Below, piece by piece: positions 18,710-27,911 of a stretch of DNA of 53,243 bases. Under the pieces are notes generated by a model that did not search any database, had not been told where the DNA came from, and was given only the letters and a program-made list of their open reading frames with translations. Where the stretch lies: contig JAURAC010000021.1 in NCBI GenBank assembly GCA_030586555.1, positions 1 to 53,243 of the forward strand, given 5' to 3'. The stretch is from Candidatus Subterrananammoxibius californiae (GTDB lineage Bacteria > Planctomycetota > Brocadiia > Brocadiales > Subterrananammoxibiaceae). Numbering within the stretch: the first letter of the stretch is position 1; the number at the start of each line of letters is the position of its first letter. Position numbers and translations under genes: made by a program.

Positions 18710-19918
18710 ATGCGTATTTTAGCGAAACTTGGGGTTGGAGTAATTCTTGCTTTCTTATTTGCTTGCGGAAATTTTCTGACAGGTTTGCAACCTGCCTTCA
18801 CCGGTACTATTAATGTACCTACCAGTAAGCCTACCATTCAGGCAGGAATTGATGCAGCAACCAGCGGCGACACTGTGCTTGTTGCGCCCGGCACGTATTA
18901 TGAGAGGATTAACTTTTATGACAAATCAATAACGGTAAAGAGTAGTGGTGGCGCAAGCGGAACAATAATAGACGGCTCTTACAACGGAAGCGTGGTAACC
19001 TTTTACGAAAACACAGGAAGAACTACCCTCGATAGCTTTACCATTCGGAACGGAAGCGGCACTTTAAATGTTGAAGATGGTGATACTTACGGTGGTGGAA
19101 TTTACTGTTTCAATTCCTATCCCGCAATAATCAATAACATTATAAAGTCAAACAGCGCCGATGGCGGCGGCGGCATTTGTTGTGAAGGTTACGATTCCTT
19201 TCCCAACATATACAATAACACAATATTGAGTAATACTGGCGCGGGCATTTACTGTAAAGACGGAGCATCACCCACGGTATTTAATAACATTGTTGTAAGT
19301 AATACTGCTTCTTCGGGTGGGGGTGGAATGTTTGCCGATGAATCAACCACCCCTGATGCAGATGATAACGATGTATGGAATAACTCAGCACCGCAATACG
19401 GCGGTGATGGATGGGACTTTGGCATTGCAGGGAAGAATATTAATGCAGACCCCCGCTTTGTAAATGCTGCTGTAGGTGACTACCACTTGAAAGATACCTC
19501 TCCATGTATTAATGTGGGGACCGGGATAAATTATGGTGCGCCAAACCACGACTTTGAAGGTGAGACACGTCCTTTTAATGGAAAGGTAGATATAGGCGCA
19601 GATGAGTTTGTTGGCACGGTATCCACTACTTGCTCATGTGAAGGAGAGTCTACTGGATGCATCTCGGGTCTCGTGACAAAGAAAGGAGTTGCCCTTAAGA
19701 AGAAAACGGTGAAATTGATATTGAAAAGGACGGGGTCCCCAAAAGAGACATTTAACACCAATACCAATACCAGTGGGTGTTATCTTTTCACCGGTCTTCC
19801 TCTTGTTGACGGAACATATACCATAAAGGTAAAGGGTTGTAAAGGCGGAGGTAGTAAAGTCGTACCTATCAGTGGCACCACACCGGCAGTAGATGACGTA
19901 GATTTCCAATGCAGATAG
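18710..19918 (+). CDS. Secreted right-handed beta-helix (pectin-lyase-like) protein with a C-terminal carboxypeptidase-regulatory-like domain
   Basis: Signal peptide, TIQAGIDAA..GDTVLVAPGTY.E, GGGIYC repeats, DYHL..SPCI and DIGADE. Confidence 0.8.
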   Translation: MRILAKLGVGVILAFLFACGNFLTGLQPAFTGTINVPTSKPTIQAGIDAATSGDTVLVAPGTYYERINFYDKSITVKSSGGASGTIIDGSYNGSVVTFYENTGRTTLDSFTIRNGSGTLNVEDGDTYGGGIYCFNSYPAIINNIIKSNSADGGGGICCEGYDSFPNIYNNTILSNTGAGIYCKDGASPTVFNNIVVSNTASSGGGGMFADESTTPDADDNDVWNNSAPQYGGDGWDFGIAGKNINADPRFVNAAVGDYHLKDTSPCINVGTGINYGAPNHDFEGETRPFNGKVDIGADEFVGTVSTTCSCEGESTGCISGLVTKKGVALKKKTVKLILKRTGSPKETFNTNTNTSGCYLFTGLPLVDGTYTIKVKGCKGGGSKVVPISGTTPAVDDVDFQCR

Positions 19919-20014
19919 TTAGCCCGTGTGCAAAATAAATTGTAGGGGCGTATTGTTCGCTCCGCCTCAGGCGGACGAATCGTGCCTCTGGCACGACAAT
20001 ACGCCCCTATACCC

Positions 20015-23000
20015 TCAATTTTTAACCATCCGTCTTGCACGCTCTGGTAAGGCTGAAATCGCCCTCAGTAGGTCATCATTCTCAGGCTTTGCTTTGACAA
20101 AACAGGCAAAAAGATTGATGGCTTCCGCATATATATCCTTTATGAGTTCAGAGTTGAGAGTTGAGAGTTGCGAGCCACCCGCCTGAGACAGATCAACTCT
20201 CAACTCAGGACTCGCAACTCTTCTTGTTTGTCCCTGCAATGCCTTTTCCAGATTTTGTATCAAGACGACAAGTGTCCAATAATCAAGCGGTATCCGCTTC
20301 ATCAAATCATCCATGAGCTGTAGAGACGCAAAATCTTGCGTCTCTACTGTTTTAGCTAACTCGGCAACCGCAACACGTCCTACTCCAATAATGTAAGCGG
20401 CAGTCCTCATATCAATCTTTCGCTCCTGAGAAATCCTCAGGACGTCATCAAAAATCGTGGAAATATGGTCCTCAAGCATGCTGTTAATTTTTTCTAAGTC
20501 CCACCGTTCATTCTTTAGATTTTGTAACCATTCAAGATAGGAAACGAAGACTCCTCCAAGGTTCGTCCCAATATCGGGTGCTACAAAAACCCCTTTTCTT
20601 GCGAGAATCTTATCACCTGCAGGAGTGATTGGCCCATTTGCGCCTTCCGCTATAATTTTAGCTTTAACCTTATACGCATTTCTATCTATGGCATTCTCAA
20701 GCGCTGCAAGGATGAGGATGTCAACGTCGAGTGCGAAAAGACCTTCGTTTGTAATCTCCCTTGCCCCATAAAAACCCTTTATTGAACCTGTGGTATTAAC
20801 GTAATTCAATACAGCGCCAATATCCAGCCCGTTAGGGTTATAGATACCACCCTTAGCATCGGTAATCGCCACTACCCTTGCCCCTGCATCATGCAAAAAT
20901 TTTGCTGGAGGTCTGCCAACATTACCGAATCCCTGAATGGCTACAGTGGCGCCTTTGAGGTTTATATTTTTATATTGAGCTGCCTTCCTTAAGACAATAA
21001 AGACGCCCCGTCCTGTAGATTCTTCCCTGCCGAGCGAACCGCCCTTAGATTCTGGTTTGCCAGTAGTAACGGCAAGCCCCGGGCAGCTTACCTCTGGATG
21101 CTTTTGCAATATTTCCACACACTTATCTAAGAACGGGGTCTCTACAGATAAAAACGTAGGGGCAGATTTCAAACCTGCCCCTACAAGTGGACGGAATTCA
21201 TCTGTGATTTTATTGGCTAATGCGGCATCGCCTATCGTCCAATCGGAGAGGTCTTCTTTCTCTATTGATGTCTTCAGGTATTCGTCAACGAACCACGCCA
21301 TCTTTTTTGCAGTTGTGTTTACGTCAGGCGCAGGGATGTCAAGATGTGGTCCTATCATGTTCCTGTTTTTCAATTCACGGCTATATTCCCTGACTATTAA
21401 TGCATCCTTTCGTTCAAGAAAGTTCTCTGGGTTTGCTATGATACCGCCCTTTGTGCCGCCGTAGGGGATTCCTGCAAGGGCGCATTTCCAGGTCATCCAG
21501 GTAGCGAGAGCCCTAACTTCTTCGAGTGTCACCTCAGGATGTTCTCTGAATCCCCCCTTTGCTGGACCACGGGTTTTATTGTGTTGTACCCGGTAGGCAA
21601 TTACTTCGCCTTCTGAGAGTCGAAATGTCTCTACCCGCTCAGGTGTGAGTAATTTCTGTTTCAGCGATAAAGGAAGCTTGAGGATGTCCGCAACTATGGC
21701 GAATTGCCTTTCTGCCACTTCAAGCGGACTTGGCAGCGCAACGGCACGCTCCCGTATGCTTGAATACTCCTCAAGCGTAACGCCTGGTACGGAAAACAAT
21801 TGGCTTACCCTATCAAATTCACCGATATCTTCTCTATAGTCCGTAATGCTTTTTGCGGTGTTACGCTTAATGTTGAGGAATTTCTCCAATTCCTCCGTAT
21901 TTGCAGCATTAAGGTTAATCTTCGCCTCTACGGGGGCTTTGTGTTTAAGAGGAGTAGCCATTGGAAGGTCATCTAAGTAGTTAAGCGCCGAGAGTTCTTC
22001 GCCGGCAAGAAACTTTAAGCCGGCTTCTCCCATCGTAGAAAGATACGTCATTCTGGGAGGGCTTTCTGTACCAAGTCTTCTTTGCGCCACAACAACACTG
22101 TGAAGGCCGAGGATAATCTTAACCTCAACCCCTGTAAAAGCAGGGGCAAATACAAGGTCTATAATCTGATTCGTGCCCCAGCAAAACACGTCTTCTTCAT
22201 ACTTTCCTGCAGTTCCGCTGAGGATGATGGTCTTTGTGCCCCGCAGCTTTTTCTTTATAAGGGCAATAGTGCCAGGACCGATATCGTATGCCCTCATCTT
22301 AGTAAAGCGCCCCTTTAGCTTGGCTACCTCAACGGTTTCGGGGTTGAGGCCTGTTGGCTTTGCCATAATGTGGTCAACGGGAAGCGTTATATCTACGCCA
22401 TATCCCTCTGCCAGTTCCAGCACCACCGTTGCATCACGAAGCGCCTGTGTTTGCAAATCAGGGTCTTCCTCAAGCATACAGTTATTTACGTTATATCCTT
22501 GCACCTTTAGAAAGGGGAATGCAATACCACCAACGATAACCAGTTTGTCAACCTTTCCATGAACTATAAGGTTCTTCATTACCTCGACCTTTTCCGTAAC
22601 GTTGGCGCCCCCAATAATAGCAATAACGGGTTTTTGAGGATTCCTCATGAAGTTATCCAGCACCTTCAGGTCCTGGGCAAGCAAGAATCCAGCCACCTTG
22701 GGTCCTGGAATAAACCTTGTTATAGGACCGAGCGATGCCTGCTCGCCCCTGTGGGCTGTTACAGGGTCGGCATTCACAAAAAGGTCGCAGTTAGTAGTAT
22801 CGTGGAGTTGTCTTGCAAACTCCAGAACCTCGTTATAGTCCTCTGAGGTCTCACCGCTGCGGAACCTGACATTTTCTATCAGAAAGACACCATCTTTGCT
22901 AAGGATGGATTTTACTTTATCACCAATGCAGTCATCTGTTAGGATAACCTTCTGAGCTTTTGACAGAAGCTTTTTATCCCTCAAGACTTCTGTCAGTCTT

Positions 23001-23350
23001 TTTGCCACTGGTTTCAGGCTGTAGCCTGCATAACGCTCTCCGTCGGTTACAATTCCCCCAAGAGTCTTCTTGTCCGCAAAGAAGTCCTCCCTTCTTCCAT
23101 TATGGGATACGATAACAATCGTCCTGACGCCCTTTTTAAGGAGATGACGAATATCCATAACTGTTGCCCTGATACGCCTGTCGTCTATAATCTTGCCGTC
23201 TCTGACGATGTCATAGTTTACCCTTAAAAAAACCCTCTTACCCATTAAAGCCGAGTCATCGAGGTTCCAGATAGGCATTTTATTGGCACGTAGAGACGCA
23301 AAATCTTGCGTCTCTACCGATAACTTATCAGCATGCTTAGTATCTTTCAT
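20015..23350 (-). CDS. Fusion of a phosphoglycerate-kinase-like domain, a ComEA-type helix-hairpin-helix domain and a Glu/Leu/Phe/Val dehydrogenase
   Basis: PGK-like GKRVFLRVN, SHNGR, ENVRF and DIGP; HhH INLNAA...VPGV; GDH GPAKGG, YGGTKGG, PAPDVNT, TGKP, QGFGNVG and AEGANGP. Confidence 0.85.
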   Translation of the reverse strand: MKDTKHADKLSVETQDFASLRANKMPIWNLDDSALMGKRVFLRVNYDIVRDGKIIDDRRIRATVMDIRHLLKKGVRTIVIVSHNGRREDFFADKKTLGGIVTDGERYAGYSLKPVAKRLTEVLRDKKLLSKAQKVILTDDCIGDKVKSILSKDGVFLIENVRFRSGETSEDYNEVLEFARQLHDTTNCDLFVNADPVTAHRGEQASLGPITRFIPGPKVAGFLLAQDLKVLDNFMRNPQKPVIAIIGGANVTEKVEVMKNLIVHGKVDKLVIVGGIAFPFLKVQGYNVNNCMLEEDPDLQTQALRDATVVLELAEGYGVDITLPVDHIMAKPTGLNPETVEVAKLKGRFTKMRAYDIGPGTIALIKKKLRGTKTIILSGTAGKYEEDVFCWGTNQIIDLVFAPAFTGVEVKIILGLHSVVVAQRRLGTESPPRMTYLSTMGEAGLKFLAGEELSALNYLDDLPMATPLKHKAPVEAKINLNAANTEELEKFLNIKRNTAKSITDYREDIGEFDRVSQLFSVPGVTLEEYSSIRERAVALPSPLEVAERQFAIVADILKLPLSLKQKLLTPERVETFRLSEGEVIAYRVQHNKTRGPAKGGFREHPEVTLEEVRALATWMTWKCALAGIPYGGTKGGIIANPENFLERKDALIVREYSRELKNRNMIGPHLDIPAPDVNTTAKKMAWFVDEYLKTSIEKEDLSDWTIGDAALANKITDEFRPLVGAGLKSAPTFLSVETPFLDKCVEILQKHPEVSCPGLAVTTGKPESKGGSLGREESTGRGVFIVLRKAAQYKNINLKGATVAIQGFGNVGRPPAKFLHDAGARVVAITDAKGGIYNPNGLDIGAVLNYVNTTGSIKGFYGAREITNEGLFALDVDILILAALENAIDRNAYKVKAKIIAEGANGPITPAGDKILARKGVFVAPDIGTNLGGVFVSYLEWLQNLKNERWDLEKINSMLEDHISTIFDDVLRISQERKIDMRTAAYIIGVGRVAVAELAKTVETQDFASLQLMDDLMKRIPLDYWTLVVLIQNLEKALQGQTRRVASPELRVDLSQAGGSQLSTLNSELIKDIYAEAINLFACFVKAKPENDDLLRAISALPERARRMVKN

Positions 23351-23484
23351 ATTTAAGTCTCCATTAGAAAAATTTTAGATTTTGGATTTTAGAATTTAGA
23401 TTTTAAATCTTACCTCTTAAATCTGCAACCATAATTTTTTTAATTGTATTGTTGAATCATGTTGAACCTTTAGGAATCCTGTGG

Positions 23485-23512
23485 TTGACGTAAACGCCGA
23501 ATGTGGTAAACT
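23485..23512 (+). promoter_or_regulatory. Sigma70-like promoter upstream of the terminase module
   Basis: TTGACG, 16 bp spacer ending in an extended TG, then TAAACT. Confidence 0.55.
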
Positions 23513-23550
23513 TACAAAAAGAGTCAAGGGTCGGGAGTCAGGAGTCAAGA

Positions 23551-23976
23551 ATGGGAAAAGAAAAAGCCGGTTGCAAATGGACAAAAAAACAGTTGAGATT
23601 TATGCAGATGCTTGCCGACCCATTGCTTGAGAAGAAGGATGAAGATATAGCGGCTGAGTTGAATGTAAAACCTGAAACTCTATTAAAATGGAGGAGGCTA
23701 CCTGGATTTCAAAGAATGGCAAAAAAGCTCGCTGAGGAGTATCTGGGAAACGGGTGGCCAGCTATGCTTAAGGCACTTTCTGGTAAGGCTAAAGAAGGCA
23801 ATGTGCAGGCGATAAAGTTGCTTATGGACTACGCAGAACGTCATGGTAAATCCTTACAAAAGGAACACGATGAACAATTTGACATCGGAGCGCTTACGGA
23901 GGAAGAACGTAGAAAATTGCAATCCGCCATTATCAGTCGAATTGGAACTCTTAAAGGACTATCTGGAGAGGCTTAG
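23551..23976 (+). CDS. Putative small terminase (phBC6A51-like HTH protein)
   Basis: IAAELNVKPETLLKWRRLPGF and AKEGNVQAIKL; overlaps the large terminase start. Confidence 0.7.
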   Translation: MGKEKAGCKWTKKQLRFMQMLADPLLEKKDEDIAAELNVKPETLLKWRRLPGFQRMAKKLAEEYLGNGWPAMLKALSGKAKEGNVQAIKLLMDYAERHGKSLQKEHDEQFDIGALTEEERRKLQSAIISRIGTLKGLSGEA

Positions 23977-25477
23977 GGCATGGGATAATATCATAGACTT
24001 TGCCAAACGTTACCTCCCGCATTACCTGACGGCAGCGCCAGCGCCGTTTCATCTGGAACTATACAGGCAGATGGAGAACGGTGCACGGGCGACGAGTGAC
24101 GAGCGACGGTATTTTGTTTGCGCAGCCCCAAGGGGACATGGAAAGTCCGTCCTCGTAAGCTTAATTTATCCGTTATGGTGCATCTGTACAAACCGCAAAA
24201 AATTTATTGTGATTATTTCCAGTTCAAGTAACATTGCTGAAGGATTCCTTGGCTCGATTATCAGAGAACTGGAAAATAACGATTTACTCAGGCAAGACTT
24301 TGGCGACTTAGTCGGGCACGAAAAGTGGACGGACAGAGAAATATTAACCGCCCCCCCTTCTTCCCTGCCCCACGATGGGGGGAGGGATAGGGTGGGGGTG
24401 CGCGTATGCGCAAAGGGCGCAAATTCCACGCTTCGGGGTATGAGAAGTTTTCAGGCACGACCCGATTTAATTATATGCGATGACCTCGAAGATGAAAACG
24501 TGGTAAATACACAGGAACGGCGTAAAAAACTCGAATCGTGGTTTAATAAATCCGTCTTGAATTTGCAGGGCACAAATGGGGACGTTTTTGTTATAGGCAC
24601 CGTCCTGCACTATGACAGCTTGCTTTCAAAGTTACTAAAACAATGGAAGGGTAAAAAATATAAAGCAATCTCATCGGATGGAACAATCCTCTGGGCTTCG
24701 TATTATACGAGGGAAAGGCTCGATAAAATTAAGTACGGTGATGGTGAAAAGGAAGGCATAGGAAGCCTTGCCTTCGAGAGCGAATATCAGAATAACCCCA
24801 TTGACTCCGAAACCCAGATAATAAAGGGTGAATGGATAAAATACTACAAGCTGGAGGATATAGAAAATCAGGAACTACTGATATATTCAGCGCTTGACCC
24901 TTCGGTGGGAAGCAAGGACACATCGGACTACAGCGCTATAGTTACGATTGGCGAATGTTTCGGGAAGATTTACGTGCTTGACTGCGATATGCAGAGGAGG
25001 AGCCCACAAGCGACTGTAGAGGCGGCGCTGAGGTGCTATCAGAAATGGTCAAATTTTAAATTCCAAATACCAAATCACAAATCACAAACAAACTCCAAAT
25101 CCCAAATTCAAAATTCCAATTCAAGTTTGGGATTTGGAAATTGTAATTTGGGATTTACATCGCAGTATGTCTGTATGGTTATTGAGTCAAACGTCTTCCA
25201 GATAGTGCTGAAACAATTGATTGATGATATGTCAAAGAAACTCAAGATGTTTATTCCAACTGTAGAGATTAGAAACGTGTCGGATAAGGTGGCAAGACTT
25301 TGCAGTATTTCTCCCCTGATAGAAAATGGAACAATTTTCTTCTTGCCAGAGCAATATCAGTTAATAGAGCAATTGGTGCAGTTTCCAAAGGCGTCACACG
25401 ACGACGGTCCCGATGCCCTCGAAATGGCTGTCAGGGTTTTAAGAAAACAGAAGTTACCGAGGATTAGAACGATTTAA
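23870..25477 (+). CDS. Phage terminase large subunit
   Basis: Walker A APRGHGKS, Walker B LIICDDLE, nuclease ALDPS...DYSA and HDDGPDA. Confidence 0.9.
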   Translation: MNNLTSERLRRKNVENCNPPLSVELELLKDYLERLRAWDNIIDFAKRYLPHYLTAAPAPFHLELYRQMENGARATSDERRYFVCAAPRGHGKSVLVSLIYPLWCICTNRKKFIVIISSSSNIAEGFLGSIIRELENNDLLRQDFGDLVGHEKWTDREILTAPPSSLPHDGGRDRVGVRVCAKGANSTLRGMRSFQARPDLIICDDLEDENVVNTQERRKKLESWFNKSVLNLQGTNGDVFVIGTVLHYDSLLSKLLKQWKGKKYKAISSDGTILWASYYTRERLDKIKYGDGEKEGIGSLAFESEYQNNPIDSETQIIKGEWIKYYKLEDIENQELLIYSALDPSVGSKDTSDYSAIVTIGECFGKIYVLDCDMQRRSPQATVEAALRCYQKWSNFKFQIPNHKSQTNSKSQIQNSNSSLGFGNCNLGFTSQYVCMVIESNVFQIVLKQLIDDMSKKLKMFIPTVEIRNVSDKVARLCSISPLIENGTIFFLPEQYQLIEQLVQFPKASHDDGPDALEMAVRVLRKQKLPRIRTI

Positions 25478-25529
25478 CCCGTAGGGGTGAACAGCCGTTC
25501 GCCCTTACAAACCAAGGAGATGAAAAAAA

Positions 25530-26726
25530 ATGGGATTCATTTCAAGCTTGTCCCTGAATGGTTTTATCAGGGAACTCAAGCAAAAGTTTAACAGAACGCT
25601 GCCGGTATTAATCTATCCGTCCGCCTTAGGCGGACAAGAATATGGTGCCCCGATAGATTGGCGGAGCAAGGACTACCTTGAGATTTATGGCAATGCTGAA
25701 TACTCAAACGTATGGGTATTTGCCTGTGTAAAGGCAATTGCACAGACGGTTGCAAGTGTGCCCATGGTATTTTACAGTGATACAAAGAACGGCAGGGAAA
25801 GATTGCCAGATAATCATCCCCTTACAGAACTCTTCTGGGGCGTTAACCCCGTAATGAGCCGATACGATTTCTGGGAGGCTACCATGGTCTATCTCGAGCT
25901 TACAGGAAACTGCTTCTGGGCGCTGGAGCGAGCAACGGGCGACGGGAGACGAGCGACGGAAATATGGCCCCTCAGGCCTGACCGCATACGTATAGTACCC
26001 GATAGAACCTCGTTCGTCAAAGGATACATATTTTCTGTTGGAGAACGTAGCGTTGGATATGACAGGGACGAGGTGCTTCACCTCAAATACTTTAATCCGC
26101 TGAATGACTGGTGGGGCATATCTCCCCTTTCTGCTGCAAGGCAAGGCTTGCTTGCCGATTACTATGCGGTTATGTATAATAAGAAATTCTTTAAACAGGG
26201 TGCAAGTCCATCTGGCGTTTTTGTTGCTGAAGGGGCGATAGACGAATCGAGTTTCCGTCGCCTGCAAAAGGAACTGGAATTGGTATACTCAGGGGTGGAT
26301 AGGGCGCACAGACCAATGCTCCTTGAATCTGGGCTAAAATGGCAAAGCATAAGCCTGCCGCAGAAGGATATGGAGTTCATCAACCAGCGTAAGATGAGCA
26401 GGGAGGAAATCCTGAGTATCTTTAAGGTGCCACCCGCAGAGGTTGGAATATTTGAATATGCAAACTATGCTAATGCCCAAATGCAGGATAAGATTTTCTG
26501 GACAAAGTGCATCATTCCACGGCTAATAAAGATCGAAGAACATCTTAATACATTTCTTATTCCGCGTTTTGGCGAGGGCATCTTTGCAAAATTTGACCTC
26601 AGCAAGGTTGAGGCATTGCAAGAGAATGAGGACCTAAAAAGCACCGTCGCCCAGCGTCTCGTAGGCAGTGGCATCTGGACTGCCAACGAAGCCCGCAAAA
26701 GGCTATGGAATATGGAGCCACTATAA
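25530..26726 (+). CDS. HK97-family phage portal protein
   Basis: VFACVKAIA, LTGNCF, PLRPDR, GISPL, F.QGASPSG, IFKVPP and TANEAR. Confidence 0.9.
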   Translation: MGFISSLSLNGFIRELKQKFNRTLPVLIYPSALGGQEYGAPIDWRSKDYLEIYGNAEYSNVWVFACVKAIAQTVASVPMVFYSDTKNGRERLPDNHPLTELFWGVNPVMSRYDFWEATMVYLELTGNCFWALERATGDGRRATEIWPLRPDRIRIVPDRTSFVKGYIFSVGERSVGYDRDEVLHLKYFNPLNDWWGISPLSAARQGLLADYYAVMYNKKFFKQGASPSGVFVAEGAIDESSFRRLQKELELVYSGVDRAHRPMLLESGLKWQSISLPQKDMEFINQRKMSREEILSIFKVPPAEVGIFEYANYANAQMQDKIFWTKCIIPRLIKIEEHLNTFLIPRFGEGIFAKFDLSKVEALQENEDLKSTVAQRLVGSGIWTANEARKRLWNMEPL

Positions 26727-26734
26727 AAAAACAG

Positions 26735-26987
26735 GGGTCGAGTGATAAGGGGTTAGTCAAAAAAGGCTGAAGGCTGAGGAAAAGATAGGCTGAAGACAAA
26801 TCCTAAATCCGAAATCCTAAGCACTAAACAAATCCTAAATTCGAAGCTCTAAATTACAAACCCTTTGTTTAGAATTTCGGATTTCAGATTTGTTTAGGGT
26901 TTAGATATTAGGATTTAGAGTTTTTCCCTCAGCTCTCAGCCTTAAGCCTGTGTTTAACTCGCCACTATCACCTCGTCACTTATCACT
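26735..26987. repeat. Three nested inverted arrays of degenerate heptamers
   Basis: Outer agtgataag/cttatcact, middle aggctgaaggctgagg/cctcagctctcagcctt, inner (aaatcct)n/(aggattt)n. Confidence 0.8.
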
Positions 26988-27911
26988 ATGTTTAAACCAT
27001 TCGACTGTTTTTCTTAGCCCCTCCTCGAAGCGCACGTCCGCATCATAATTAATTAGTTCTTTTGCCCTGTCAATGTTTGCGCGTGTGTGCCTTACGTCGC
27101 CTTTGCGGGGCGGGGTGTGTGTGGTTTTAAGCTCTTTGCCCAGTATTTTACTTAGTATTCCAATCAAATCCATTAAACTGTGGTGTTCGCCACAGGCGAT
27201 GTTGAGTACTTCTCCTGAGAGGGGATTGGGTGAGGTGGCTGCCAGAACGTTTGCCTTTACAGCGTTGGATATGTATGTGAAATCCCTTGTTTGAAGCCCA
27301 TCGCCGTGTACCTCAAGAGGTCTTCCCTCTATGGCTGCCTTAATGAACAGTGGTATCACTACGGCGTACTGGGATTTGGGGTCCTGTCTGGGGCCAAAGA
27401 CATTAAAGTACCTGAGGCTGACGGTCTCAAGTCCGTAAATATCACTGAAGACACTGCAGTAGTGTTCACCAGCAAGTTTTGAAACGGCGTAGGGAGATAT
27501 AGGGCATGGGGTTTGGGGTTCTATTTGAGGTAATCTATCTGTATTCCCATAGCATGACGAGGATGAGGCGAAAACAACCCTTTTTACCCCCGCATCACGT
27601 GCGGCAAGCAGGATATTTAGCGTACCTGTAACATTGACCTCGTTATAAGCCCAGGGGTCTTCGATGGACATTGGAACGGAGCGCAGCGCTGCCTGATGCA
27701 GGACGCAATCCACCCCTTTAACAGCCTTTTTAACGGTCTCGACATTTCTGATGTCGCCTTCTATGAGTTCAATATTAAAGCCAACAAGATTTTCTTTTTT
27801 CCCAGTAAAAAAATTGTCAAGGACCTTTACCTTTCCGCCGCTTTGCAAGAGACCCTCGACAATATGGGAGCCGATAAAACCAGCGCCACCAGTGACAAGA
27901 TAGGTTCTCAA
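26976..27911 (-). CDS. NAD-dependent nucleotide-sugar epimerase/dehydratase (WbpP-like)
   Basis: VTGGAGFIGS, YAVSK and LRYFNVFGPRQ; TTG start coupled to the ugd stop. Confidence 0.9.
   Translation of the reverse strand: MRTYLVTGGAGFIGSHIVEGLLQSGGKVKVLDNFFTGKKENLVGFNIELIEGDIRNVETVKKAVKGVDCVLHQAALRSVPMSIEDPWAYNEVNVTGTLNILLAARDAGVKRVVFASSSSCYGNTDRLPQIEPQTPCPISPYAVSKLAGEHYCSVFSDIYGLETVSLRYFNVFGPRQDPKSQYAVVIPLFIKAAIEGRPLEVHGDGLQTRDFTYISNAVKANVLAATSPNPLSGEVLNIACGEHHSLMDLIGILSKILGKELKTTHTPPRKGDVRHTRANIDRAKELINYDADVRFEEGLRKTVEWFKHSDK

Noticed and set aside
23503..26726. Complete prophage
   Set aside because: No integrase, att sites, capsid, tail, lysis or replication genes; host genes lie immediately on both sides.
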